Virus record (IMG/VR): IMGVR_UViG_3300023179_000058 | Coordinates: 25,766-89,765 of that record | Reading direction: 5' to 3' (one strand) | Source: a virus | DNA: 64,000 nucleotides | Part shown: in pieces, positions 44,794-54,100 of the stretch | Layout of the letters: every line of letters begins with the position of its first letter | Numbering within the stretch: position 1 is the first letter of the stretch | The notes under the pieces: generated by a model | What the model saw: the letters and a program-made list of their open reading frames with translations, nothing else | Database searches by the model: none | What the model was told of the DNA's origin: nothing | Program-made: the position numbers and the translations under genes

Positions 44794-46178
44794 TGGCATA
44801 CACATTTCCTAAACTTAATGTACCTCGCGATCAATTTGGCTTTCAGATAGAGTCAGAATTAACTACGCCCGATCACATTAAAGATACATATAAGTTAGCC
44901 ATATTTTTTATTAAAATTAAAAACGGCAGAACTATTTCTTTAGGTAACTCTTTCAGTAAACTTGAGATATATGAAGACATTTTTAGTCCGTCAATTACTG
45001 GCAAAGTATCTATTTACGATTATGTTGGTGGTATTGAAAAGTTTCTTTTTACTGGCGGCGAAACAATTACATTGCAAGTACTTAAACCAGGCGGTTCAAA
45101 TGAAATTTTAATTTCGCGTGATGATTTGATTGTTTATGAAGTAGGTAAGATTCGTTACGATAATGAAAATGCTATGACATATGATTTGCATTTTACATCA
45201 AAGGCTTCAATTGCATCACAGAAAAAAAGACTGTATAAAAGTTTTGGTGCTGATAGAGGATTAAAAAGCGTATTTTCTAAAATTTATTCTGATGTGAACG
45301 CAGTTTCAAATCTGAATATTAATACAATTGATCCTGATATTAAACTTCAGAATCCGTTTGTTTCTCCTGGATACACTCCACTTGAAGCACTATCGCAACT
45401 TGCAAGAAGATCATGTGCATTAGGCGACTATTTTGTATTCTATGAAAAACTTCATGGAAGAAATGCCGCAGATTTTAAACATGTATTCATTTCACTAGGC
45501 TCACTTAAAGAGTTTTGGAACAATACAGAAAAATTGCAAAAACTTGTTTACCAACCAACTCAAGATTACATAAACCGAGAAACAAGCACATTTATTCAAT
45601 TGAAAAGTTTTTTAATTGAAAACAATTTCCAACATTTGGAAAGAATGCAGACTGGTTTCTACAATTCAAACATTCGTCAAATTGATCCATACAGTCGCAA
45701 TTATACCGATTCAAAAATCAGTTACAAAGACATGGCACTTGACACGGATTTTTATGCAAATCGTATCTTGGAGAACAATAACGAATTTTTAAAATACGAT
45801 GATAGTTACCCAGAATATCCTGGCGAAAGATTGATTATTAAACCGAAAAATGATATAGTATTAGATAAGGCGAATTGGATCAAATATGACACTTATGGCG
45901 GTCTTCTAAATAGTGGGTTAAGAGTGCTTGCAGATATACCAGGCGCAGATAATCGCATTAGCGTAGGCTATGCCGTAGAATTGGCACTACCAAGTAAGGT
46001 AGCAAAGGCACAAAACTTAGAACAAAGTTATGTTGCTGAAGACGAATTTTATTCAGGCAAATATCTAGTAACGGCGGTGCGTCATATGTTCACTAAAGAC
46101 ACTTACATCAAGAAAATAGAACTAAGCCGCGGCTCACTCAAGATTAATCTTGACAGACGCATCGAACAAACGAGTTAA
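44793..46178 (+). CDS. Baseplate hub protein (gp27-like fold)
   Basis: IYEDIFSPSITG, SGKYLVTAVRH; lies between gp53 and gp5. Confidence 0.7.
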   Translation: MAYTFPKLNVPRDQFGFQIESELTTPDHIKDTYKLAIFFIKIKNGRTISLGNSFSKLEIYEDIFSPSITGKVSIYDYVGGIEKFLFTGGETITLQVLKPGGSNEILISRDDLIVYEVGKIRYDNENAMTYDLHFTSKASIASQKKRLYKSFGADRGLKSVFSKIYSDVNAVSNLNINTIDPDIKLQNPFVSPGYTPLEALSQLARRSCALGDYFVFYEKLHGRNAADFKHVFISLGSLKEFWNNTEKLQKLVYQPTQDYINRETSTFIQLKSFLIENNFQHLERMQTGFYNSNIRQIDPYSRNYTDSKISYKDMALDTDFYANRILENNNEFLKYDDSYPEYPGERLIIKPKNDIVLDKANWIKYDTYGGLLNSGLRVLADIPGADNRISVGYAVELALPSKVAKAQNLEQSYVAEDEFYSGKYLVTAVRHMFTKDTYIKKIELSRGSLKINLDRRIEQTS

Positions 46179-46181
46179 AAA

Positions 46182-47135
46182 ATGAAACTAACATTTTCAG
46201 AATATCTTAATAAAAGAGAATACGAAGCGCAAGTATCGCTTGAAGAAAAACTTATTCTCTATAATAATGGCGCAAAGTACGGACAAATAGTATTCTTAGC
46301 CGGTGGTGCTGGCTCGGGTAAAGGCTTTGCGATTAGTAATTTTATGCAAGGCGAAGATTTTAAGATTCGTGATGTAGATGCATTAAAAGTTGCATTTCAA
46401 AAACTAGATGATCTAGGCAAATTTACTATGGATGAGTTGCTGAAGAAGTACGGCGATAATATTAATAAAAAAGACATGGAATTTATTCAAAAGAATGTAA
46501 TTGATAAAGGCTATTCTCTTAAAGATTTAAATCTTAAAACGCCAGAGCATGTTTATTCGTTGCATGTTTTGATTCGCGCAACAGGTGCAAAAAATAAAAC
46601 ACTTGATCTATTGCTTGACGGTGCGGCACAGAATACCCTGCCAAATATTCTAATTGATTCTACATTTGCAGACATGGATGACATTAACACTTACATTCCG
46701 ATGTTGATAAAAGCAGGATATAAAACTACAAACATTCATGTGACTTGGGTACTAACTAATTATGAGATTGCAATTGAAAACAATGCAAAGCGTTCTAGAG
46801 TTGTACCACAAGACATTTTGTTAAAAACACATAGAGGCGCGGCACAAACAGTATTTAAACTGGTGAAGACAGGATTTCCAAAAGAAGTAGATGGTGGCGT
46901 TTATGTTGTATTGAACAACCCACAGAATACAATGTTTATCGTTGATCCGAAAACAGGTAAGCACTATAAAGATATTAAAGGCAACAAAGTTGTAGGCAAC
47001 TTCATGTATTTGACAATGAAGAAGCCAGGTAAAGCAATGACAACTGATGCAGATGTACGCAAGCAATTGTACACTTGGATTAAAGACAATGTACCACCAG
47101 ACGCATTAGATACGAAAGATTTAGATAGTCTATGA
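46182..47135 (+). CDS. P-loop kinase (zeta-toxin/AAA_33-like)
   Basis: FLAGGAGSGKG Walker A, ILIDST, NAKRSRVVP. Confidence 0.75.
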   Translation: MKLTFSEYLNKREYEAQVSLEEKLILYNNGAKYGQIVFLAGGAGSGKGFAISNFMQGEDFKIRDVDALKVAFQKLDDLGKFTMDELLKKYGDNINKKDMEFIQKNVIDKGYSLKDLNLKTPEHVYSLHVLIRATGAKNKTLDLLLDGAAQNTLPNILIDSTFADMDDINTYIPMLIKAGYKTTNIHVTWVLTNYEIAIENNAKRSRVVPQDILLKTHRGAAQTVFKLVKTGFPKEVDGGVYVVLNNPQNTMFIVDPKTGKHYKDIKGNKVVGNFMYLTMKKPGKAMTTDADVRKQLYTWIKDNVPPDALDTKDLDSL

Positions 47136-47362
47136 AAACATTCAAACAATATTTAAGCACTCCTGCTACGCAAGAAGAGTGGGAAGAAGATGTATATGGA
47201 CCAGAACTTGTTGAAGTACTCAAGCAAGTAGATGGTAAGTGGGCGTTAGTTTCAAAGAAGACAGGCAAACCTCTTGCATACTATAAAGGTGAAGGCAAAC
47301 CTTCAGACGATTGGGTAGCGAAACAAGAAAGACGCATCCAATATTTTAAACACATGGGGTAA
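47132..47362 (+). CDS. Small protein with internal-protein-like N-terminus
   Basis: MKTFKQYL...; C-terminus ERRIQYFKH. Confidence 0.7.
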   Translation: MKTFKQYLSTPATQEEWEEDVYGPELVEVLKQVDGKWALVSKKTGKPLAYYKGEGKPSDDWVAKQERRIQYFKHMG

Positions 47363-47364
47363 GT

Positions 47365-48516
47365 ATGTTTATAGGTCGCGAAGGTTTTTATTGGTGGATT
47401 GGTGTTGTTGAAGATAATGTAGACCCATTGTTATTAGGTCGCGTTAAAGTACGCATCTTTGGTTATCATTCTTCTTATGCAGAAAGAGCAAAAGGAATTC
47501 CTACTGAAGACTTGCCTTGGGCGACAATTGTTGTTCCGCCTAATGGACAAAACACTTACTCTAGAATTGGTCTAGGCGAATGGGTCATAGGTTTCTTTAT
47601 GGATGGCGCAGACGCACAAGAGCCAATTGTGTTAGGTATTATACCTACACCTCTTTCTGAAGGTGCAGTAACAACCGGCTTCGGTCGATACGGTTCATCG
47701 AACAGATCATTTTCTCAGATCACTACATCAAAAGATAACTATCCGCCAAACGGAAGTGCAGATAAAAGTTATTCTAGACTAGCGCAAAGAATGTCTCTAA
47801 TGTCTGAAGGTGGCCACCAGATCAATCTTATAGATCATAGTGACACAGATAATCCCTCTATCTTAGAAATAAGACATAAAAACGGAAGTTCCGTTGTAGA
47901 ACTTAGAAGTAACGGATTGACGATTAGCAATCAAGGTAAGACTAAAATCACATTTGACGATGAGCGTATATTTGCTGTAGGTCCACATGGCACAAACGAA
48001 TTATCCGTACCACCCCCTCCACCAAGTCGTGGCGGTGGTAAAATTATTTGCACAAAACTTTATGAGTTAGGATACTTGTCGCATGAGATTTATGAACTTG
48101 ATCAGCAGTTCGGTCAACTTCTAGTCGAGAAAAGTCCTGACACTTACTACGGATATATCGCATGGGCGCAAACTGTAGTAGATTGGATGGAAGGTAACGG
48201 ACCTCAATGCATGTTTTGGATTCGTGATCCAGAGAAAAGAAAGCAAGCCCAAGTTTATCTAAGTACTAAGTGGGCTAAAGAGATTGCTACACCATGGGCA
48301 AGTCACATGGCGTATCTAATGGGGTCTGAAAAAGACAAGAATGTCGCCGGCAGAGTTTTAATGAATGTTGGCAAACCAATCTGTAAAGTGATTGGTATGT
48401 GGCAAAGATGGTTTGGCAAATCTGATCAGCCGACCGGGTTATTCAAGGGTTTCCTATTGTGGGGAATCTTTGCAATTTTACGATTTATTGTATGGTTTTA
48501 TAGGAATGTAAAATGA
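47365..48516 (+). CDS. gp5: Baseplate central spike gp5 (OB-fold, no lysozyme) with C-terminal KIICT domain
   Basis: WWIGVVED..DP..LGRVKVRI.GYH, LPWA, GEWVIGFFMDG. Confidence 0.85.
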   Translation: MFIGREGFYWWIGVVEDNVDPLLLGRVKVRIFGYHSSYAERAKGIPTEDLPWATIVVPPNGQNTYSRIGLGEWVIGFFMDGADAQEPIVLGIIPTPLSEGAVTTGFGRYGSSNRSFSQITTSKDNYPPNGSADKSYSRLAQRMSLMSEGGHQINLIDHSDTDNPSILEIRHKNGSSVVELRSNGLTISNQGKTKITFDDERIFAVGPHGTNELSVPPPPPSRGGGKIICTKLYELGYLSHEIYELDQQFGQLLVEKSPDTYYGYIAWAQTVVDWMEGNGPQCMFWIRDPEKRKQAQVYLSTKWAKEIATPWASHMAYLMGSEKDKNVAGRVLMNVGKPICKVIGMWQRWFGKSDQPTGLFKGFLLWGIFAILRFIVWFYRNVK

Positions 48517-48674
48517 AAACAGAAGAACTTCAAAACGCACTCAACAAACTTACTGAGATTGAGAGACAAATTTTAGAGGATAATATCAACTATCACACAG
48601 CGTTGATTTTATTGAAATTGTTTCCTGACAACGAAGTGATTAAAGAATTAGTCAATAGGAGAAAGAAGTCCTAA
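48513..48674 (+). CDS. 53-aa hypothetical protein
   Basis: ATGA overlap with the gp5 stop; absent from the ORF track. Confidence 0.55.
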   Translation: MKTEELQNALNKLTEIERQILEDNINYHTALILLKLFPDNEVIKELVNRRKKS

Positions 48675-48680
48675 AACCTT

Positions 48681-48688
48681 TATAAATA
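48681..48688 (+). promoter_or_regulatory. T4-type late promoter
   Basis: TATAAATA. Confidence 0.8.
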
Positions 48689-48712
48689 CTCTTAAATCAT
48701 AGGGGACACCCT

Positions 48713-48741
48713 ATTTTAGTTGCTTGTCAAGTGTTTGTCAA
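48713..48741 (-). promoter_or_regulatory. Antisense sigma70-type promoter
   Basis: Minus strand TTGACA-N17-TAAAAT, facing the late promoter. Confidence 0.6.
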
Positions 48742-48776
48742 GTAATTTTGAAACATTAACCATTGAGGAACAAATC

Positions 48777-48953
48777 ATGTCCAATCACGAAACACTTGTC
48801 AATTTATTTGAGACTTACCTAAAAGAGAACGAAAAGTTCGCAGAAAAGGGCGTTAAGGCTGCCGGAACGAGAGCAAGAAAAGCATTAGCAGAGTTTACCA
48901 AAGCGGCAAAAGAACGCAGAAAAGAAATTCAGGATCAAAAGACAGCAGAATAA
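48777..48953 (+). CDS. Hc1 (histone H1-like) family small protein
   Basis: EKGVKAAGTRARKAL..K..KE.RK; SD GAGGA. Confidence 0.75.
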   Translation: MSNHETLVNLFETYLKENEKFAEKGVKAAGTRARKALAEFTKAAKERRKEIQDQKTAE

Positions 48954-48956
48954 TAT

Positions 48957-49334
48957 ATGGCATCCGCATTTTCCGACTTATCTTTAAGTTTTAAGATTAA
49001 TCCTATTACTGGAGATATACCACCTGCGCGTAATGAAAGTGCAGTAAAAAAGTCTCTGATTAATCTAATCAAAACTCCTGTCGGAACGCGCCCATTTGCG
49101 CCTGAATACGGATCAAGAGTTTACGACTACTTGTTTGAACCAGCAGATACACAAACAGAGTTGCGTTTAAATGATGATCTTGCACAATGTATCGAAAGGT
49201 TTGAACCTAGAGCAAAAATAGTTGCAATCGAAACCAGTATGAAAGACAATGGTATTGAAATAAAAGTTGAATATTATGTCGTGAATGTACCTGCCCTACA
49301 ACAACTAGAAACAGTAATTACAAGAACGGCATAA
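48957..49334 (+). CDS. gp25: Baseplate wedge subunit gp25
   Basis: SDLSLSF..NP.TGD, G.RPF.PEYGS, ERFEPR. Confidence 0.92.
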   Translation: MASAFSDLSLSFKINPITGDIPPARNESAVKKSLINLIKTPVGTRPFAPEYGSRVYDYLFEPADTQTELRLNDDLAQCIERFEPRAKIVAIETSMKDNGIEIKVEYYVVNVPALQQLETVITRTA

Positions 49335-49338
49335 ACAA

Positions 49339-51156
49339 ATGGCTACACCTACAAATTTAAAAATTGATGGCGTAAATTTCCAACAGATTCGCGAAAACTT
49401 CAAGAACTACTTGAAGAATCAGGACCAGTTTAAAGATTATAACTTTGACGCTTCTGGTATTTCAACGCTACTTGATATTCTAACTTTTAACACATACTAC
49501 AATTCGTTTTATGTGAATATGGTTTCTACTGAAGCAAACTTGAATACCGCACAGCGCAGAAATTCAATTGTCAATCTTGCTGGAAGTTTGAACTATGTTC
49601 CAAGATCAACAACTGCCGCAAGAATTAAAGGTAGACTTAAACTTACACCAACGGGTTCACCCTCATCACTTACACTACCTCAGTATACTCGCTTTGATGC
49701 AGTTTACGAGGGTGTGACTTATTCTTTCTTAACTCAAGAACCTTTGACATTTACATCTGGCACTAGTTACACTTTAAACAATGTTGAATTGATTCAAGGT
49801 CGTTATGCACAAGAAAGATATACGGTCAATCTTGATGATGCTACTCAGAGATTTTTAATCAATAATGCACAAGTTGACACCGCAACTTTATTGGTTCGTG
49901 TTCAAACTTCTTCAACAATCGGTACACTCAGAGTGTTTGAAAATCCAACTAATTTTGTAGAGATTAGTGGTACAACTCGCGCATACTTTATTAAAGAAGT
50001 TGAAGATGGTAAGTATGAAGTATATTTTGGTGACGATGTTCTTGGCGAAGGCCTTGATAACGATAACATCGTAATTTTAGATTACATCATTACAGAAGGT
50101 GCCGCCGGAAATCAAATTCGTGAAATAACTCTTGCGTCTACTGTATCTGGTATTCAAGATGCATTGTTTACTGCCAGTGATGTTTCAATGGGCGGTGAAG
50201 ACAGAGAAAGCGCAGAAAGAATTAAATTTGCCGCACCTAAATTCTACACAGCACAAAATCGTGCGGTTACAGTAGAAGACTATCGTGCTATTCTTTTGAA
50301 TGCTCCGAATGTCGGATCAGTAGCAGTATGGGGCGGTGAAGACAACGATCCACCATTCTATGGTAAAGTTTTTATTGCAGTAAAACCTACAGTAGGTGAG
50401 CAATTAACAACAACCGAAAAAGACAGTATTATTCGAACCATTCTTAAAAGTAAAAAAATTCTAACAGTTCAAAATGAAATAGTTGATCCGGAGTTTATTT
50501 TTATTACTATTGTTGCCGATATAAAATATGATCCAGAACAGACTGTTGCAACTCAAGATAGCGTAAAGTCAAAAATACTTGACACGATTAAAAACTACAA
50601 CGATACAGACATTAATCAATTCTCAAAGTATCTACGCTATTCAAAACTATCGCGTTTGATTGATACTTGTGAGCGTTCAATTCTAAGTTCCGAATTGACA
50701 TTATCAATGTATAAAGAAATTGATTTGCAATTGGGTCAAGCATCACGTTATGTAATTAACTTCTCAAACGCAATTGCAAAGACAACTGTAGGTCGTTTGT
50801 CAAGTTTCGGTTATGGCCTTGGCGGCGCAATTAGTTCAGCCGCATTTACATATCAAGGATTCCCTAACTGTCAGTTAGAAGATAACAACGGCATCATTCG
50901 TATTTTCCGTAGAGTTGAACAGAATATTTTTGGTGTTTCTCAGAATGTGGGAACCGTAGACTATGATACTGGACAAATTATTCTAAGCGACTTTAATCCA
51001 ACTGCGCTTGCCGCAGGTGGCGTTACTCTCAAAATTTTTACTACACCTTCTGGCAATGACATTTTGCCATTACGAGGACAAATCGTTAGCATTCGTGACG
51101 ATGACATTACGGTCAATCTAACAAACGACAAATCAATTAGCCTTGTAAGAAGATAA
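49339..51156 (+). CDS. gp6: Baseplate wedge subunit gp6
   Basis: FKDYNF..SG...LLD.L..NT, QNRAVT.EDY, WGGEDNDPP.YGKV. Confidence 0.93.
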   Translation: MATPTNLKIDGVNFQQIRENFKNYLKNQDQFKDYNFDASGISTLLDILTFNTYYNSFYVNMVSTEANLNTAQRRNSIVNLAGSLNYVPRSTTAARIKGRLKLTPTGSPSSLTLPQYTRFDAVYEGVTYSFLTQEPLTFTSGTSYTLNNVELIQGRYAQERYTVNLDDATQRFLINNAQVDTATLLVRVQTSSTIGTLRVFENPTNFVEISGTTRAYFIKEVEDGKYEVYFGDDVLGEGLDNDNIVILDYIITEGAAGNQIREITLASTVSGIQDALFTASDVSMGGEDRESAERIKFAAPKFYTAQNRAVTVEDYRAILLNAPNVGSVAVWGGEDNDPPFYGKVFIAVKPTVGEQLTTTEKDSIIRTILKSKKILTVQNEIVDPEFIFITIVADIKYDPEQTVATQDSVKSKILDTIKNYNDTDINQFSKYLRYSKLSRLIDTCERSILSSELTLSMYKEIDLQLGQASRYVINFSNAIAKTTVGRLSSFGYGLGGAISSAAFTYQGFPNCQLEDNNGIIRIFRRVEQNIFGVSQNVGTVDYDTGQIILSDFNPTALAAGGVTLKIFTTPSGNDILPLRGQIVSIRDDDITVNLTNDKSISLVRR

Positions 51157-51157
51157 A

Positions 51158-54100
51158 ATGACTGATAAAGTCTATTATAATCCAACTCTTGGACTTCAAA
51201 ACATCACGCCTGCGCTTGATGATAAGACATTTTTGTTTTTCCTTGGAGTGTATTATGATTGGATGCAAACAACTGATATTACCTTCAATGGTGCTTCAGG
51301 CGCATTCGCAAACGGTGAGGTAATTACAGGGCAAGATTCAAAAGCAACAGCAACAATTCGCTATGTAGGATCAAACACAATTACTGTCTCAATGAAGACA
51401 GATACTCCTTTTGATCTTAACGAAGAAATAGTTGGTGGCACAAGTGCAAACTCAGCATTTGTTTTAGAATTATCAGACAATGTATTGCGTAAAGCATCTC
51501 GCATTCGTGAGAATAAAAACAACGAAAAGGCGCAAGGTCAGTTTCTAGAATATCTTAAAGGCGAACTGAACAAAGGCATACCAGTTAAAACTTCTGCCGA
51601 TAGAAGAAGACTGATTGCACAATTAAAAGATTTTTTTAAATCAAAGTCTACTGAAGAAGCATACACATTCTTATTCAGAGCATTGTTTAACGAAACGATT
51701 GAACTTCGTTATCCAGGCGATGATCTATTGCGTGTTTCAGATGGTAACTTTTTAAAACAAAGTACTATTCGTATTAATGAACGCTCAGTCGTTCAAGTCA
51801 TGGGTAACGCAAATGTTATTGCGGGAAATAATCTTGTTGTTGGTACAAATACAGACTTTTTAGCATTTTCAACAGACAGTCATTTTAAAATTGGTACACA
51901 GCAAGCAGTTGTATCAAGCGTTATCAACGCTACACACATGTTTGCGAAAACAAACTTTACAACAACTGCAAACAATGAGTTTGTTTATAAGTTAGTACCA
52001 ACCGATATTTTTGCTCTTAAAAACAAAACCATTCGCGGTAAAACATCTGGTGCAATTGGTGTTGTTGCTGATGTTCGTGCATCTACGCTAGGTGGTAAAC
52101 CATTTGCTGATGTTATTCTTCGATTAATTTCTGGTGGATTTACAGAAAACGAAATTATTGAAGACATTGAAAATCCTTCATCAAATGTGGTTGTGTATGG
52201 TGTTGTAAGTAGTATTAATATTAATGATGGCGGTACAGGCTACGCAGTTGATGATGAAGTGCTTATCTATGGTGATGGTGCAGAAGCAACTGCAAAAGTT
52301 ACTTCTGTTTCCGATGCACCAATTTCAAAAATTATTCTTGCAAATACAGGTATTGGTTATCAGAACAACCTGAATGCCATAGTTAATAACTCTGGAACTG
52401 GTGGCACAGGATTTGCAGTTAAAATTTCTGAAATTGCAAACACATACACCGTTGGTGCAAACAATCAATATACCGTTGGTGACACAGTATCCGTAAGAAT
52501 TGTAAATCGTGGATCTGGTTATGTTGCGTTACCTACAATTACACTACAAGACACTTCGGTTGCATCACTTGGTCTTCTACACGATAAACTCATTCGCATT
52601 AATGATCATGGTACTTTGTATGAAGTGGGCGATGCGCTTGTCTTTACCAATCCAGTAGGATTTACTGGAAACACCGCAGTAGGTAGAGTTGCTGCCGTTA
52701 CTGAACGATGGGCAGAGACTCCCGCAATTTTAGTTGCGACAGAAATTGTTGAGCCATATAAAGATGAAAGTTTGTTAGATGACTTTGGTTCAAACACAGT
52801 TAGTGTTGAAGGTGAAGGCGATGAAGAAGTTGGTATTCTAATAGAAGGTAGTTACTACGACAGAATCAAAACTGAAGATTGGCGTGGTATTGGTCCAATC
52901 GAACGCCTAGAACTTACATATTCAGCAAACGGAAATTACGCATTCGGTGATGGTTATTCTACAACCAGTCTACCAACAATTGCAGTTTCATCTGCAAATG
53001 GTATTGGTGCAAATCTTGAAGCATTTAACATTCAAGGTAAGAGTGCAGTCATTCAAATTGACGCAGGTAATAACATTGCAGGTATTGGATCAATTCGCGA
53101 AGTTACTATTCTCAATCAAGGTATTAACTATACTAATGCGACAGTTGATGCAACAGGTTCTGGTGATGGTAATGCAAATCTGACAGCAGACATTACAGGT
53201 TTGTTCGTTGATGCAGGTCGTTTCACAAACGATGATGGTAAAGTCAACTACAAAATTCTTCAAGACTCTTTATTCTATCAAGACTTTTCTTATGTTATTC
53301 GAAGCGGTTTGTCATTTGACAGATATAAAGATATTGTTAAAGAAGTTATTCACCCTGCTGGTCTAGAATTCTTTGGCGAGATTGTTATTACCAATACAAT
53401 TTCTGCCGTTGCACAATTTACTTCAGAAGTTATTGCGGATCGCGCACCAAGATTTGTTTCTCTGTTCTCATTCTTGTCATTGTGGCAAGGCTATGGATTA
53501 CCTCCACCAGTGCAGTCTTCAATTATTGTCAAGATTAAGCCAGTTGTTGCTTACATAGATCAAGCAAAACTTGACTTGCCTGAACAGAATGGTGGAACAA
53601 TTCAAGTTGAAATTAATCCAACAATTAATGTTGCGGCAATTACTCACACAGAATATCGCCCAATTATTGCACCAGTTATTGATGTTGGTATTTTTGGTGC
53701 CGCAAATGTTACAGTCATTCCTGTATCTCCAGGCGCAAGCGAATACGAGGTTGTTCTTGCGGGTGCATCTGTACCTGCTACATTTGATCCATCAGGTGCA
53801 GTCAGAGAGATTAACATTGAACCGATTGTTATCAATCAAGGCGCAACTGTTATTGAATCTACTGATTCAGGACTCAAAGGACCGCGACAATTTTTTCTTG
53901 GACCAATCGATGTTTCCGCAGAATTTATTCTGTCAAAAGTTGCACCAAAAACAGAAGTTTCTGGCGGCGTAGGTATAATTGTATCAACGGCTACATTTAC
54001 CGATTCGGAATACAATGTAGAGATTCCTATCTTTGTTGGCGTTGCGCCGACAATTATTCCGTCAGATGAAATTGCTATGCCTAAGTTTTATAAAACAGAA

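Noticed and set aside
48030-48516. Intein/Hint domain in gp5
   Set aside because: Lacks the CF..GT block and the terminal HN motif; kept only as an unassigned Cys-initiated domain.
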